A DNA stretch of 63,943 nucleotides, filler included, from Octopus bimaculoides (taxonomy: Eukaryota): assembly GCF_001194135.2 (NCBI RefSeq). It is 7 parts of 7 records of this genome, joined end to end, with 100 filler letters (N's around TTAATTAATTAA, not from the genome) between each part and the next. Parts side by side here need not be neighbours in the genome. Positions count along the whole stretch, not along the records: positions 39,945 to 52,992 come from NC_069005.1; positions 53,093 to 62,800 come from NC_068998.1; 5 more parts are not named here. The stretch is one strand, 5' to 3'. Below are positions 50,329-62,074 of the stretch, in pieces. A program made the translations under genes and the position numbers. The notes below the pieces were generated by a model. That model worked only from the letters and a program-made list of their open reading frames with translations, had not been told where the DNA came from and did no database searches. Positions within the stretch are counted from its first letter, which is position 1, and each line of letters begins with the position of its first letter.

Positions 50329-52199
50329 GAACGTACACATACATGCATGTACATATAATCACATATACATTTCTACATATTTAGATACATACACGTATAT
50401 TTTGCACATATACATGCACGCATACATATCTCCATTATACATACGCACATCATCTAATGATGATGAACGACCAAAATTACGTAAAAACACGACTAATATG
50501 ATGTATGTAAATTAATCAATCATATATTCTGCACCACTGATCATATCTAATCGATTATCAATATTCACCACAATTAATCTTTTTATTGATTTGGATCTAA
50601 TTGCTTTTAGTGTTGTTCTTGGACAATATTTTGTTGTCCTTTCCCCTATAGATGCGTAGACACACATACATACATATATACGTAGATGCATATATATATA
50701 TATATATATATAATATATNNNNNNNNNNNNNNNNNNNNNNNNNNNNNNNNNNNNNNNNNNNNNNNNNNNNNNNNNNNNNNNNNNNNNNNNNNNNNNNNNN
50801 NNNNNNNNNNNNNNNNNNNNNNNNNNNNNNNNNNNNNNNNNNNNNNNNNNNNNNNNNNNNNNNNNNNNNNNNNNNNNNNNNNNNNNNNNNNNNNNNNNNN
50901 NNNNNNNNNNNNNNNNNNNNNNNNNNNNNNNNNNNNNNNNNNNNNNNNNNNNNNNNNNNNNNNNNNNNNNNNNNNNNNNNNNNNNNNNNNNNNNNNNNNN
51001 NNNNNNNNNNNNNNNNNNNNNNNNNNNNNNNNNNNNNNNNNNNNNNNNNNNNNNNNNNNNNNNNNNNNNNNNNNNNNNNNNNNNNNNNNNNNNNNNNNNN
51101 NNNNNNNNNNNNNNNNNNNNNNNNNNNNNNNNNNNNNNNNNNNNNNNNNNNNNNNNNNNNNNNNNNNNNNNNNNNNNNNNNNNNNNNNNNNNNNNNNNNN
51201 NNNNNNNNNNNNNNNNNNNNNNNNNNNNNNNNNNNNNNNNNNNNNNNNNNNNNNNNNNNNNNNNNNNNNNNNNNNNNNNNNNNNNNNNNNNNNNNNNNNN
51301 NNNNNNNNNNNNNNNNNNNNNNNNNNNNNNNNNNNNNNNNNNNNNNNNNNNNNNNNNNNNNNNNNNNNNNNNNNNNNNNNNNNNNNNNNNNNNNNNNNNN
51401 NNNNNNNNNNNNNNNNNNNNNNNNNNNNNNNNNNNNNNNNNNNNNNNNNNNNNNNNNNNNNNNNNNNNNNNNATATATATATATATATATATATATATAT
51501 ACTTGTGTGTGTATGTATATATTCACGTAAATATTCTATACATACATGCATACATACATACACATACACACACACATACATACATATTGGAATACATCAG
51601 ATTAGATAATTAGAATACTGTGGAATAATGAATAATCTAAAAAAAGTTTTTATTCTCAATCACAATTTAGCTTCATTTCATTCTGTGAACAATATCACTA
51701 ATTTCCAAAATGATTTCTCTAGACTAACAAACGTTGAGAGCAGTATAAACAAATATTTAAGTTTTGCTTTCTCGTAAAAGATTTCTATAACATTTTCCTT
51801 CTATATTTGTGTAATGTTCTTTTAACAGATTTAGATCAATTTTGGCGGCGTTATTTCCTGATGAGCACGTCGACTGTATCTAGATCAGAAACCAAGGTCG
51901 CAGTGTTTAGTGAATAGCTGGTAATGCTCACAAACAGCTTGGCCTCGATCCTTGTCCTTCAAGTGAGTGATAGTTTGTGAGTGCTGCATGCCTTAGAGGT
52001 GATATTGACAGCTAAATTTTGCTATAGATCTAGGTTCATGTAAAATTACCACCTGCTTTTATAACAAGTTGATGCAGGCAGTTTATCCTGTCCCCCTCCA
52101 ACTTTTACTTCATGCAATTGAAAATGCCGCATTATTTATGGGATGACCCAATAATATAATATATAATGCACTGTAATATAATATAATATATGGTATCAA

Positions 52200-52410
52200 C
52201 CGGCAAGCAGGCAGCTTCGTTAGCACGACGGGCAAATCGCTTAGCGGCATTCCGATCATCTTTTCGTAGTGAGTTAAAAATCCGCCGAGGTTGACTTTGC
52301 CTTTCATCCTTCGAGATTCAATTACATAAGTACCAGTCGAGCACTGGGGTCGGTGCAGTCGACCTAACCCTTCCTCGAAATTTCTGAACTTGAGCCAAAC
52401 TTTGAAACTA
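52200..52410 (+). mobile_element. Meta-type SINE
   Basis: TCCGCCGAGGTTGACTTTGCCTTTCATCCTTCG. Confidence 0.8.
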
Positions 52411-52487
52411 ACATCATATGTGTGTGTGTTGGTGGAGGGTCTTTCGCCTCCTTCTGCGAGGAGGCAAGACGCGCTTTTCACTTCCAT

Positions 52488-52545
52488 AACCGCCTGATGA
52501 GTGTGGTATGTAATTAGGGCATAATACACGAAACATTCTATGGTG
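52488..52545 (+). ncRNA. Hammerhead relic (core and stem II intact, stems III and I decayed)
   Basis: CTGATGA-GTGTG..TACAC-GAAAC. Confidence 0.55.
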
Positions 52546-52992
52546 AATGACAATTGTAATCTAACAGGGGACCATATTACATAACGCTTGCAATAAATCC
52601 GTTGCCTTTGACCTTCAGGGATTGGATTCGTTGCCGGCTCAAATGAACACATCCATTTTTTTCTACATCCTCACGTTTAACATTCTATATATCAATATTC
52701 TTTTCTAAGGCGTATTGCCTGAAGAAGTGGTGCTGTTATGAAAACACGAACTTGCGTATGTTACGTGATGTTGCTCATTTATTCCATGGCAAGTTACATA
52801 ATATGCCCGCATTCTAACGCAAAACTTTACAGTAGCAGAATAACTCATTTATATTATTGTTATTACTACACATATATACATACATACATATGCATATATA
52901 TATATATGCATATATGTATAAATATATATGTGTGTGTATATATATATATATGTATATATTTATATATGCATCTATATATATATATATACATA

Positions 52993-53092
52993 NNNNNNNN
53001 NNNNNNNNNNNNNNNNNNNNNNNNNNNNNNNNNNNNTTAATTAATTAANNNNNNNNNNNNNNNNNNNNNNNNNNNNNNNNNNNNNNNNNNNN
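52993..53092. other. Artificial scaffold linker
   Basis: TTAATTAATTAA at 53037-53048. Confidence 0.95.
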
Positions 53093-53135
<43 letters not shown>

Positions 53136-53807
53136 AGAGGAAATTGTTACTTTATCGTAAGTAAAAGTTTTCCCGATTGCAATGGTCACACGGTGTAGAA
53201 AATTATACTCTGTATGTATAGGCATGTCTATAAAAACTTTTAGTTAAATCGTTATTGGAAAGAAGTGAGCAATAGTCTAATGTGGTTTGTCAGATTAGGA
53301 AACTTAAACTGCTAACTTCATGCTATCTATAGTGAAGTAACGTGCTACAAAGAGTACTACATATACACATAGACACCTGTATGTATACATCTAATCTAGC
53401 GGTTATCTGCTCTTGGGCGGGTCCTGAGCATGTTAACCTTCTCCAGCACTCTCTATACGACCTGGGAGGGCCATTATCTTCCCTTGCCACCGTGAAATAG
53501 ATTGCTGGAACTTCGGCAACCATGAATAGAGTTGGGATAAATGCAGGAGTAGTTTCCGTTGCTTTCTCCAGGCAGATGAGATTTGAACTCAAAATGTTGA
53601 AAGCCGTAAGACGTTCCAGAAAGAATTTCTACCCACGCACCAATAACAAATAAAAATCAGTGCTATACCACAGCGAACCGGCGAACAAACTGAACACATA
53701 CATTAAGTATGTGTTTACAACACTAGCGTTGGTTTTAGTTCGTTATTGAATAAAATTTTATGTATGCATTACCGTGGTATATCAGCAACTAGTTCTTACA
53801 CTATTTA

Positions 53808-54015
53808 TATGAGGAGGGTGCTTAAAGGGTGTCGCAAAAGGCCTGGCTGGAGGCTCAATCTTCCGAGTTCTTTTACAGGGCTTAGAAAAACTGAAAGACT
53901 GCTGCAATAAGTGTGTGAATCTGAGGGAGGAATACGTTGAATAAAATTATAATTAACTAATTCTTCCATATTTTCTTTTACCCAAAATCCAGGAACTTTT
54001 CAGCACCCTCTCGTA
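53808..54015 (+). mobile_element. Mariner-derived MITE retaining the transposase C-terminus
   Basis: TA-flanked ends TATGAGGAGGGTGCT and AGCACCCTCTCGTA; internal GLEKLKDCCNKCVNLREEYVE-stop. Confidence 0.8.
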
Positions 54016-54079
54016 GATAGTCATAGACTGACGATTCGATTCATCTTCGGTTCGATTTCAGGTACGTGATGTTGATAAG

Positions 54080-54600
54080 CCACAAAAATGGTGAAATATT
54101 GTACTTGTATCGGAGTGCAGTCTATTTGTGGTTGTGTTGTTTATCCTCAGATCAGTGAAGACCATCTCGTCTTTTTCTTATGTGAAAGAAACCTTATCCA
54201 ATGTGTCCTTTTCTCAGACAAAGGGATGTGATTTGAAGATTTCATCTGCCATTTTTAGCTGTTAAATCGGCTGCGTAGAAGCTCTTCCCAGATAGGAAAG
54301 GAATAGAGAAAGGAAGCTCTTCCCAGATAGGAAAGGAATAGAGAAAGGAAGCTCTTCCCAGATAGGAAAGGAATAGAGAAAGGAAGCTCTCTTGCAATAT
54401 TCCTTTACTGGTAGAGATTGGAATTGCTATTATCGTTCCTATTTTCTTTGTGCCTGCAGAATTGCTATTTATTCGGGACAAGCTTCATCTCGCTGTTTGT
54501 TATCGATGCAAGCCTCCCATGGTTAATCTCCAAGGATCCTCGTGTGTAGAATACCGTCAATAACTTTCTGGTTATCAAACCACACCATGCTCAAACTCTT
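54080..54600 (-). pseudogene. R4/Dong-like reverse transcriptase core remnant
   Basis: Ordered degenerate motifs: SMVWFDNQKVIDGILH (WIDY.KA.D), KGILQESFL (RGI.QGDSL), FYAADL (YMDDL), RYKY (YKYLG). Confidence 0.6.
54278..54390 (+). repeat. Perfect 35-bp tandem repeat x3.2
   Basis: Unit GAAGCTCTTCCCAGATAGGAAAGGAATAGAGAAAG with no spacers. Confidence 0.95.
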
Positions 54601-54689
54601 TGTTTCTCCTCCTGCAGTAGTCAGTGATAATTTCTTTGATCTTTACAGCTATGTAAGTCATTTGTCATTTATATTATATAGCATGTAAG

Positions 54690-54848
54690 TCCAGGCGTGG
54701 CTGTATGGTAAGAAGTTTGCTTCCCAAACACATGGTCCCGGGTTCAGTTCTACGGCGTGGAACTTTGGGTAAGTGTTTTCTGCTACAGTTCGCACCGACC
54801 AAAGCCTTGTGAGTGGATTTGGAAGACGGAATCTGAAAGAAACTCATC

Positions 54849-54897
<49 letters not shown>

Positions 54898-55275
54898 CAT
54901 ANNNNNNNNNNNNNNNNNNNNNNNNNNNNNNNNNNNNNNNNNNNNNNNNNNNNNNNNNNNNNNNNNNNNNNNNNNNNNNNNNNNNNNNNNNNNNNNNNNN
55001 NNNNNNNNNNNNNNNNNNNNNNNNNNNNNNNNNNNNNNNNNNNNNNNNNNNNNNNNNNNNNNNNATATATATATCTATGTGTGTGTGTCTCTTTCTGTCT
55101 TTGTTTCCCCACCTCCACCGCTTGACAACCGGTGTAGTTGTGTTTGCATACCCGTAATTTCACTGTTCGGCAAGCGATGCCGATAGAATAAGGTCGGTTT
55201 ATTCGACTAAAAATTTAAGGCGGTGCCGCCCCAGCATGGCCGCTGTCTAATGACTGAAACAAGTAAAAAATATAA
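54690..55275 (+). mobile_element. CORE-type SINE spanning a gap
   Basis: Head GGCGTGGCTGTATGGTAAG and tail CCCCAGCATGGCCGCTGTCTAATGACTGAAAC. Confidence 0.8.
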
Positions 55276-55740
55276 AAAATAAAAGATGAGACGTAACATA
55301 TGATCAATAGTGTCATTTGTTACTGGTTTCCAACGGTATATTTACTTCGTCAGACATCTTTATCTTCGAGAGAAATGTAGAAATATCTCCTGTTATTTGG
55401 TTCCCTGCCGACGTTTGCATTCTTCATCTCTGTATTGATACATTGATGAGGGATTCACATATACACACCCTCACACATACACATATTTAGCCGACCAGTT
55501 TCCATTCACAAGTTATTGATCAACTCCAAACTACCAAGATATGGTAGAAATACTTTACCCAACACACAGTGTTTTGGAATTGAACACGGAACCAGATCGT
55601 TGCGAATCATAGATATGATAGAATATACTTATCCAACGCACCAGATGGTTGCGAATCATAGACATGCTTGCATCTATTCTGCATCATCGTTTCTTCAGGA
55701 AATAAATTACTGTTGTCCCCAGGTATTTATTCATTTACTG

Positions 55741-55982
55741 TAATGGTTTTCAACCATTTTTTTTGCTTGTGGATAGATCCCTTTGTTTCCTGTTTTCTCT
55801 ATTGGACGCCCATTGCCGTTTGAAGTTTAAAAAAATCCCATTATATTTTTATAATCAAATATCGTTAGGAATTGTATAAAAAAATTGTTAAAATATCTTG
55901 TATATTGTAGAAGTATAACCGAGTTATTGGACATAATTTTTGGACCCCAAAGGGCCAAGTGAACCCCACTTGAGAACCGCTG
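55741..55982. mobile_element. hAT-like MITE, degenerate
   Basis: Ends TAATGGTTTTCAACC and TTGAGAACCGCTG resemble CAG(C/T)GGTTCTCAAC hAT TIRs. Confidence 0.55.
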
Positions 55983-56074
55983 ATCTACTGCCATAGAATT
56001 GCAGTTATGGTTTTGTAACTTGAAGAAAGCAGGTTATAGACGTTTAGTTTTTATGGTTTGTTATTTCATAAGCT

Positions 56075-56999
56075 TTTGTTGTGTCTAGGGCGAGTCATTA
56101 TGTCAGTATAATCAACACACACTGGTTCAATTTAACTCCATTTCTTTATTATTAGTCAATTGGTTAAATATCCAACTAACTAATTTGTTTTTTTTTTATT
56201 TGTCAAAGCTCTATCGTTGCTACTTGCAACCTTTTCAATGACTATTGAATTAATTCGTTATAGAGGCCGTGTTTGTCTGTTTGAAATTTGTTGCATGCAT
56301 GTGTGTGCGTACCAGACTGCGCGTGTGCTTGTGTATGTATATATGTATGTATTCTGCATATTCATGTGTTTGTATGTGTGTGTATGCATGCTTGTGTATT
56401 TGTGCATGCATGTATGTATTCTGCATATTCATGTGTTTGTGTATGTGTGTGTGTGTGTGTGTGTGTGCGTGCTTGTGTGTTTGTGTTTGTATGTANNNNN
56501 NNNNNNNNNNNNNNNNNNNNNNNNNNNNNNNNNNNNNNNNNNNNNNNNNNNNNNNNNNNNNNNNNNNNNNNNNNNNNNNNNNNNNNNNNNNNNNNNNNNN
56601 NNNNNNNNNNNNNNNNNNNNNNNNNNNNNNNNNATTCATGTGTTTGTATGTGTGTGTATGCATGCTTGTGTATTTGTGCATGCATGTATGTATTCTGCAT
56701 ATTCATGTGTTTGTGTATGTGTGTGTGTGTGTGTGTGTGTGCGTGCTTGTGTGTTTGTGTTTGTATGTATGTATGTGTGTGTGTTTGTGTGAGTACCTCT
56801 GCGTGTTTGAGTGTGTCTATGCGTATGAGTTTGTGTGAGTATGCAAATGTACCTGTGTGTATGCATGTGTTTCTGTATAAGTCTTTGTACGTATGCGTTT
56901 GTGTGTGGAATGTGTGTGAATATATGGTCATCTGTTTCTATCTCCTTATATGTGTGTGTGTGTGCCTGTCTGTCCGTATTACCTACCTACCTACGTACA

Positions 57000-57077
<78 letters not shown>

Positions 57078-57530
57078 GCTAACTTTATCTACCTACTTAC
57101 TTAGCTACTTATCTATCTACATGCCTACTTATCTACCTATTAGCTTGCCTATCTGCCTACATGTCCTTCTACGCGCGCGCACTCACACAAACACACGAAT
57201 ATGCAGAATACATACACACATTCACGCATTCAAAAATACATACATACATATATACGTACGTACATACACAAGCACACGCATCCACTGACTCGCACATACG
57301 CACGCACGAATGCAACAAATATGAAACAGACAAACGCAGCCTCTATAACGGCCTAAGCCAATGGTCATTGAAAAGGTTGCAAAGAACAACGAAAGATCTG
57401 TGACAGAAAAGAAACAAATTCGTTAGTTCGATATTTAACCAACTGACTAATCATAAAGAAAAGGAATGGAAGTGAACCAGTGTGCATGTTAATTATATTG
57501 GCATAATGACTCTCTCTAGAAATAACAAAA
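56075..57530. repeat. Diverged ~300-bp inverted duplication (56075-56375 vs 57185-57530)
   Basis: Shared blocks GAGTCATTATG, CACTGGTTCA, TTGGTTAAATATC.AACTAAC, TTGCAACCTTTTCAATGAC.ATTG, CGTTATAG and GTATGTATTCTGCATATTC. Confidence 0.85.
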
Positions 57531-58249
57531 TTTGTTTCAACACTCGAATTCGCATAAAGAATCTTGCAAACCAGATACAAAAACGAAGTATTTCATAAGC
57601 ATTTCAGAGGATTTCACCCTCAGTAAGCCACTGAAGTGTCATTTACAGTCCTTTCAATAACTTACTAAATATTCTACCAGGAACTTTTTGAGTCCCTGTT
57701 AAATATTCCCGTTAAATATTCCAGCCAGAAGTCTGGGGTTCTTATAATTTTCAGGTGCTTTCAGTTTGTGTTTTTATTATTATTGTAGCATGTATCTTAT
57801 GTCTTAAATTGATAAGACCTCTGTCGACTGCTTAGATGTATGTTTGTTTTCCATTTTACTTACTTCAGTTTTGATATATTCCTATATNNNNNNNNNNNNN
57901 NNNNNNNNNNNNNNNNNNNNNNNNNNNNNNNNNNNNNNNNNNNNNNNNNNNNNNNNNNNNNNNNNNNNNNNNNNNNNNNNNNNNNNNNNNNNNNNNNNNN
58001 NNNNNNNNNNNNNNNNNNNNNNNNNNNNNNNNNNNNNNNNNNNNNNNNNNNNNNNNNNNNNNNNNNNNNNNNNNNNNNNNNNNNNNNNNNNNNNNNNNNN
58101 NNNNNNNNNNNNNNNNNNNNNNNNNNNNNNNNNNNNNNNNNNNNNNNNNNNNNNNNNNNNNNNNNNNNNNNNNNNNNNNNAGAGAGAGAGAGAGATCGAT
58201 CATCTATCGATTTTTAGTTCTTTCTTTCTCTACCTTTAGGTTACTGTTA

Positions 58250-58985
58250 TATTAAAAATTCCCATTTTGAAAATCTCTGATTCTTAAATCTTTCACGTAC
58301 TGTCTTCTATTCATATTTTTTTGCGTTGATCTGGTTCAATTTGTGTTGTTCAGTATTCTGTATGCTTGACTTTCTTGTGCATTGCTATTTACTTTGTTTT
58401 GCACGTGTTCAGTCTGTCTACATGATTTTCTGTAATGTTTTTATTGTTCTTCGTATTGCTATTCTTCGTTGGTTGTGTTGTCATGAAAAAAAATCTTTCT
58501 TTGAAATTTTCTATTTCTTTGTCTAATATTGTTTTGGTTTTGAGGTTGTATCTTATTAAATTAACGAGTCTCTTGGGATAAAGAGTTACTTTTAGATTAG
58601 GAACACTATAAATCGCAAACATTTCGTCGCTCGAAAATTGACAATCATTCTTTGAACTATTTTATCAAGAACTAGGGAAAAATAAAATTGAAATATTCGC
58701 AGCGTTAGTAGCAACAGAAAGAGAATTCAGAGAAAGAATATGGATAGAGAAGAATATATCAGTGACGATATTGTCGAAAACAATGAAAGTAACACTTGAA
58801 CAATCGAGATAGGCCATATCAAGACAAGAAGTAGCCGATACACTGGAAAATTTCAAACAAATGGAAAGCACTAGGAAATTATAACATTAAGTGCAAACAG
58901 AGATGTTTAGTAAGATACTAAAGGAAACAGAGATAATACCTAAGTGGCTCAGTGAGGGAAAACTAACTTAATTTTTACAACTAAA
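58250..58985. pseudogene. Two abutting, oppositely oriented R4/Dong-like ORF fragments (minus 58250-58620, plus 58630-58985)
   Basis: Minus strand ..YPKRLVNLIRYNLKTKTILDKEIENFK (N-terminal-like); plus strand AISRQEVADTLENFK..IIPKWLSEGK (RT N-terminal region). Confidence 0.45.
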
Positions 58986-59311
58986 TAGAACAGCAAATTC
59001 TGAAAATTCTTGGCTTACAAGCTGCTTTCCTGCTAAGTCTTAACCGTAGTAATATCTCATGAGATAAATAAGTATCTTTTAGTTTTTATCTTATATTCTT
59101 TCAGACTGTAGCCATGCTGGGGGTGCGGTTATGAAGGGCATACTCGAACAAATCGACGCCAGATCTTGCTTCTTTTTAAGCCCGGTACTTAATCTATTGG
59201 TTTCTTTTTACCGAAACGCTAAGTTACGGTAACCGTATCAAACCAACACCGGTTATAAAGCGGTGCTGGGGACAAACACAAACGCAAACATACGCACACG
59301 CAAATATACAC

Positions 59312-59346
<35 letters not shown>

Positions 59347-59453
59347 CACACACAGAGTGTGGAATGATTACAATGTTCCTGTAAATAAAACGTTAATTCC
59401 AAAGTTACATGTACCAGTTTATGTAAGTATGTCCTTTTTTTTCTTTTTAATTG

Positions 59454-59495
<42 letters not shown>

Positions 59496-59679
59496 TGCAC
59501 ACACACACACACACACACACGCATGCACACACACACTTGTCTTGCAAAAAGCAGCCTTATTAGGCAGAGCGCATATCTTAAGGGAAGTATTATCTGTCTG
59601 AGGTCCTTGTGGCTTGACAGATGACTAAAGACTTCGGTGCATTTTTACCTACACTGTGTTACGGAGGAATAATAATAAT

Positions 59680-60895
59680 AAGTTCAAATTTTAGTACAAG
59701 GTCAGCAATTTTAGGAGAGGGGATAAGTCGGCTACAACAACCCCAGTGTTCAACTGGTACTTATTTTATCGACTCAGAAAGGATGAAAGGCAAAATCGAT
59801 CTCAGTGGAATTTTAACACAAAACATAAAACCGGAAGAAATGTTGATTAGAAATTTGTCCGGCACCCTAATGATTCTGCCAGTTCACTACCATGAACAAA
59901 TTATGGTTTCAAATTTTGGCATAGGACCAGCAGTCTTTTCATGAGGAGACGCCAGTACTTGACTGGTACTTATTTTATCAACTTTGAAGGGTGAACAGTA
60001 AAGTCGACCTCGGCGAAATTTGAGTTCGGAAAGTAAAGCCGGACGAAATGCTGATAATAATACTAACAGAACAATCCAGGTCAATGGACCATTAAAGATA
60101 GAGATGAAAATATTTGTAGACAAATAAATGTAAGCGTTCTCACTGATAAGAAATATATCTGTAAACGAATTTGACAAACAGTAAATATAAAGATCTGGAA
60201 ATTGAAATACAAAACATGTGGCATCTTTAAGCAAAAACTGTTCCTGTTATTGTAGGTGCCCTAGATATGATAAAAATGGGATGTCAGAAACATCTAGACA
60301 ACATCTCAGGAGAACCATGTCTCAGAGATATCCAAAAGATTGTGCTTAAAAGTACTGTCCACATCCTAAGAAAAACCTTATCAATTTAAATGATTGTGTT
60401 GCATTATATGAAGGCATTTCTGTCCTGTCCCCCCTCCCTCCGAAATTTGGAGAAGGAGATCACATCGACCTGAGGGTTTCACTGGTACTTGATTTATCGA
60501 CCCGAAAGAATGAAAGGCAAAGTCAACCTCGGTGGAATTTGAACTCAGACCGTAGCGACAGGCGAATGATAGTAATANNNNNNNNNNCCCTCCGAAATTT
60601 GGAGAAGGAGATCACATCGACCTGAGGGTTTCACTGGTACTTGATTTATCGACCCGAAAGAATGAAAGGCAAAGTCAACCTCGGTGGAATTTGAACTCAG
60701 ACCGTAGCGACAGGCGAATGATAGTAATAATAATCCTTTTTACTATAGGTACAAGGCCTGAAATTTTAGGGGGAGGGGGCTAGTCGATTGCATTGACCCC
60801 AGTGTTTCACTGGTACTTAATTTATTGACCCCGAAAGGATGAAAGGCAAAGTCGATCTCGGCGTAATTTGAACTCAGAACGATGCCACGGGCGAA
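59680..60895 (-). mobile_element. Cluster of 4-5 co-oriented Meta-type SINE copies (one is a gap-flanking duplicate)
   Basis: ACTGGTACTT..ATCGAC..GAAAG..GGCAAAGTC repeated at about 59750, 59960, 60480, 60630 and 60810. Confidence 0.8.
60055..60395 (+). pseudogene. R4/Dong-like restriction-like endonuclease (RLE) domain and C-terminus
   Basis: ..KYKDLEIEIQNMWHL..TVPVIVGALDMIKMGCQKHLDNISGEPCLRDIQKIVLKSTVHILRKTLSI-stop. Confidence 0.8.
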
Positions 60896-60909
60896 TAATA
60901 ATAATAATG

Positions 60910-60953
<44 letters not shown>

Positions 60954-61427
60954 NNNNNNNNNNNNNNNNNNNNNNNNNNNNNNNNNNNNNNNNNNNNNNN
61001 NNNNNNNNNNNNNNNNNNNNNNNNNNNNNNNNNNNNNNNNNNNNNNNNNNNNNNNNNNNNNNNNNNNNNNNNNNNNNNNNNNNNNNNNNNNNNNNNNNNN
61101 NNNNNNNNNNNNNNNNNNNNNNNNNNNNNNNNNNNNNNNNNNNNNNNNNNNNNNNNNNNNNNNNNNNNNNNNNNNNNNNNNNNNNNNNNNNNNNNNNNNN
61201 NNNNNNNNNNNNNNNNNNNNNNNNNNNNNNNNNNNNNNNNNNNNNNNNNNNNNNNNNNNNNNNNNNNNNNNNNNNNNNNNNNNNNNNNNNNNNNNNNNNN
61301 NNNNNNNNNNNNNNNNNNNNNNNNNNNNNNNNNNNNNNNNNNNNNNNNNNNNNNNNNNNNNNNNNNNNNNNNNNNNNNNNNNNNNNNNNNNNNNNNNNNN
61401 NNNNNNNNNNNNNNNNNNNNNNNNNNN

Positions 61428-61628
61428 GTAAAATACTGTCTATGTGATCTCAAATTTTAAAGCAAACACATAATTTTCTTATGGTTTCTTAAACATTCAC
61501 TTGAACAAAACTATACAAATCCAAATATATGGTACCCTAGGCATAACACCTACATGAACTTCTAGCTTGTTGTCTCTTGAGGTCTCTGGGTGAGACTTGG
61601 ACAAATGCAAAACAAAAGTCAAACATAA

Positions 61629-61700
<72 letters not shown>
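61428..61700 (+). mobile_element. Putative R4/Dong-like 3' UTR ending in (TAA)n
   Basis: ..GTCTCTTGAGGTCTCTGGGTGAGACTTGG..CAAACATAAAA runs into a long (TAA)n tract; (TAA)n also lies upstream of the gap. Confidence 0.45.
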
Positions 61701-61702
<2 letters not shown>

Positions 61703-62041
61703 AAATGATGATGATCATTAGCATCAGACAATAAACTTTGAATGATGGATTTCAACCAATTGAAGCGACCAAAACATCATTTGATGCTTCTGTTATTTAA
61801 TAGTTATGTAAGAAAGACGTGTAGTAATGTCTGTTTTTGTTTTTTATATGAAATGATAAAAGCAGCGCATTCACTTCGTGAATTGACTGAATTAGTAGAA
61901 TGCCTTCCCTATTCAGTGATTGTTATTTCTCAACACAGCGCATTCGATTACAATCTGTTTTTGGGTTGCAGCTATGTCTTTGTTGTGCTTCAAGTAATAA
62001 TCCCATTCCATAGCGAAATTGAGTTCGTCTCNNNNNNNNNN

Positions 62042-62074
<33 letters not shown>

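Noticed and set aside
50452-50495. CTAATGATGATGAACG..CGTAAAAAC as a hammerhead
   Set aside because: There are too many core changes in AT-rich DNA to distinguish it from chance.
54278-54390. CRISPR-like 35-bp repeats
   Set aside because: The units are contiguous with no spacers, there are no cas genes, and the context is eukaryotic.
56335-56770. Direct duplication of a microsatellite-like block
   Set aside because: The copies flank an N gap; probably an assembly overlap.
60438-60727. ~140-bp tandem duplication
   Set aside because: Identical copies flank a 10-N gap, which is typical of unmerged contig overlap.
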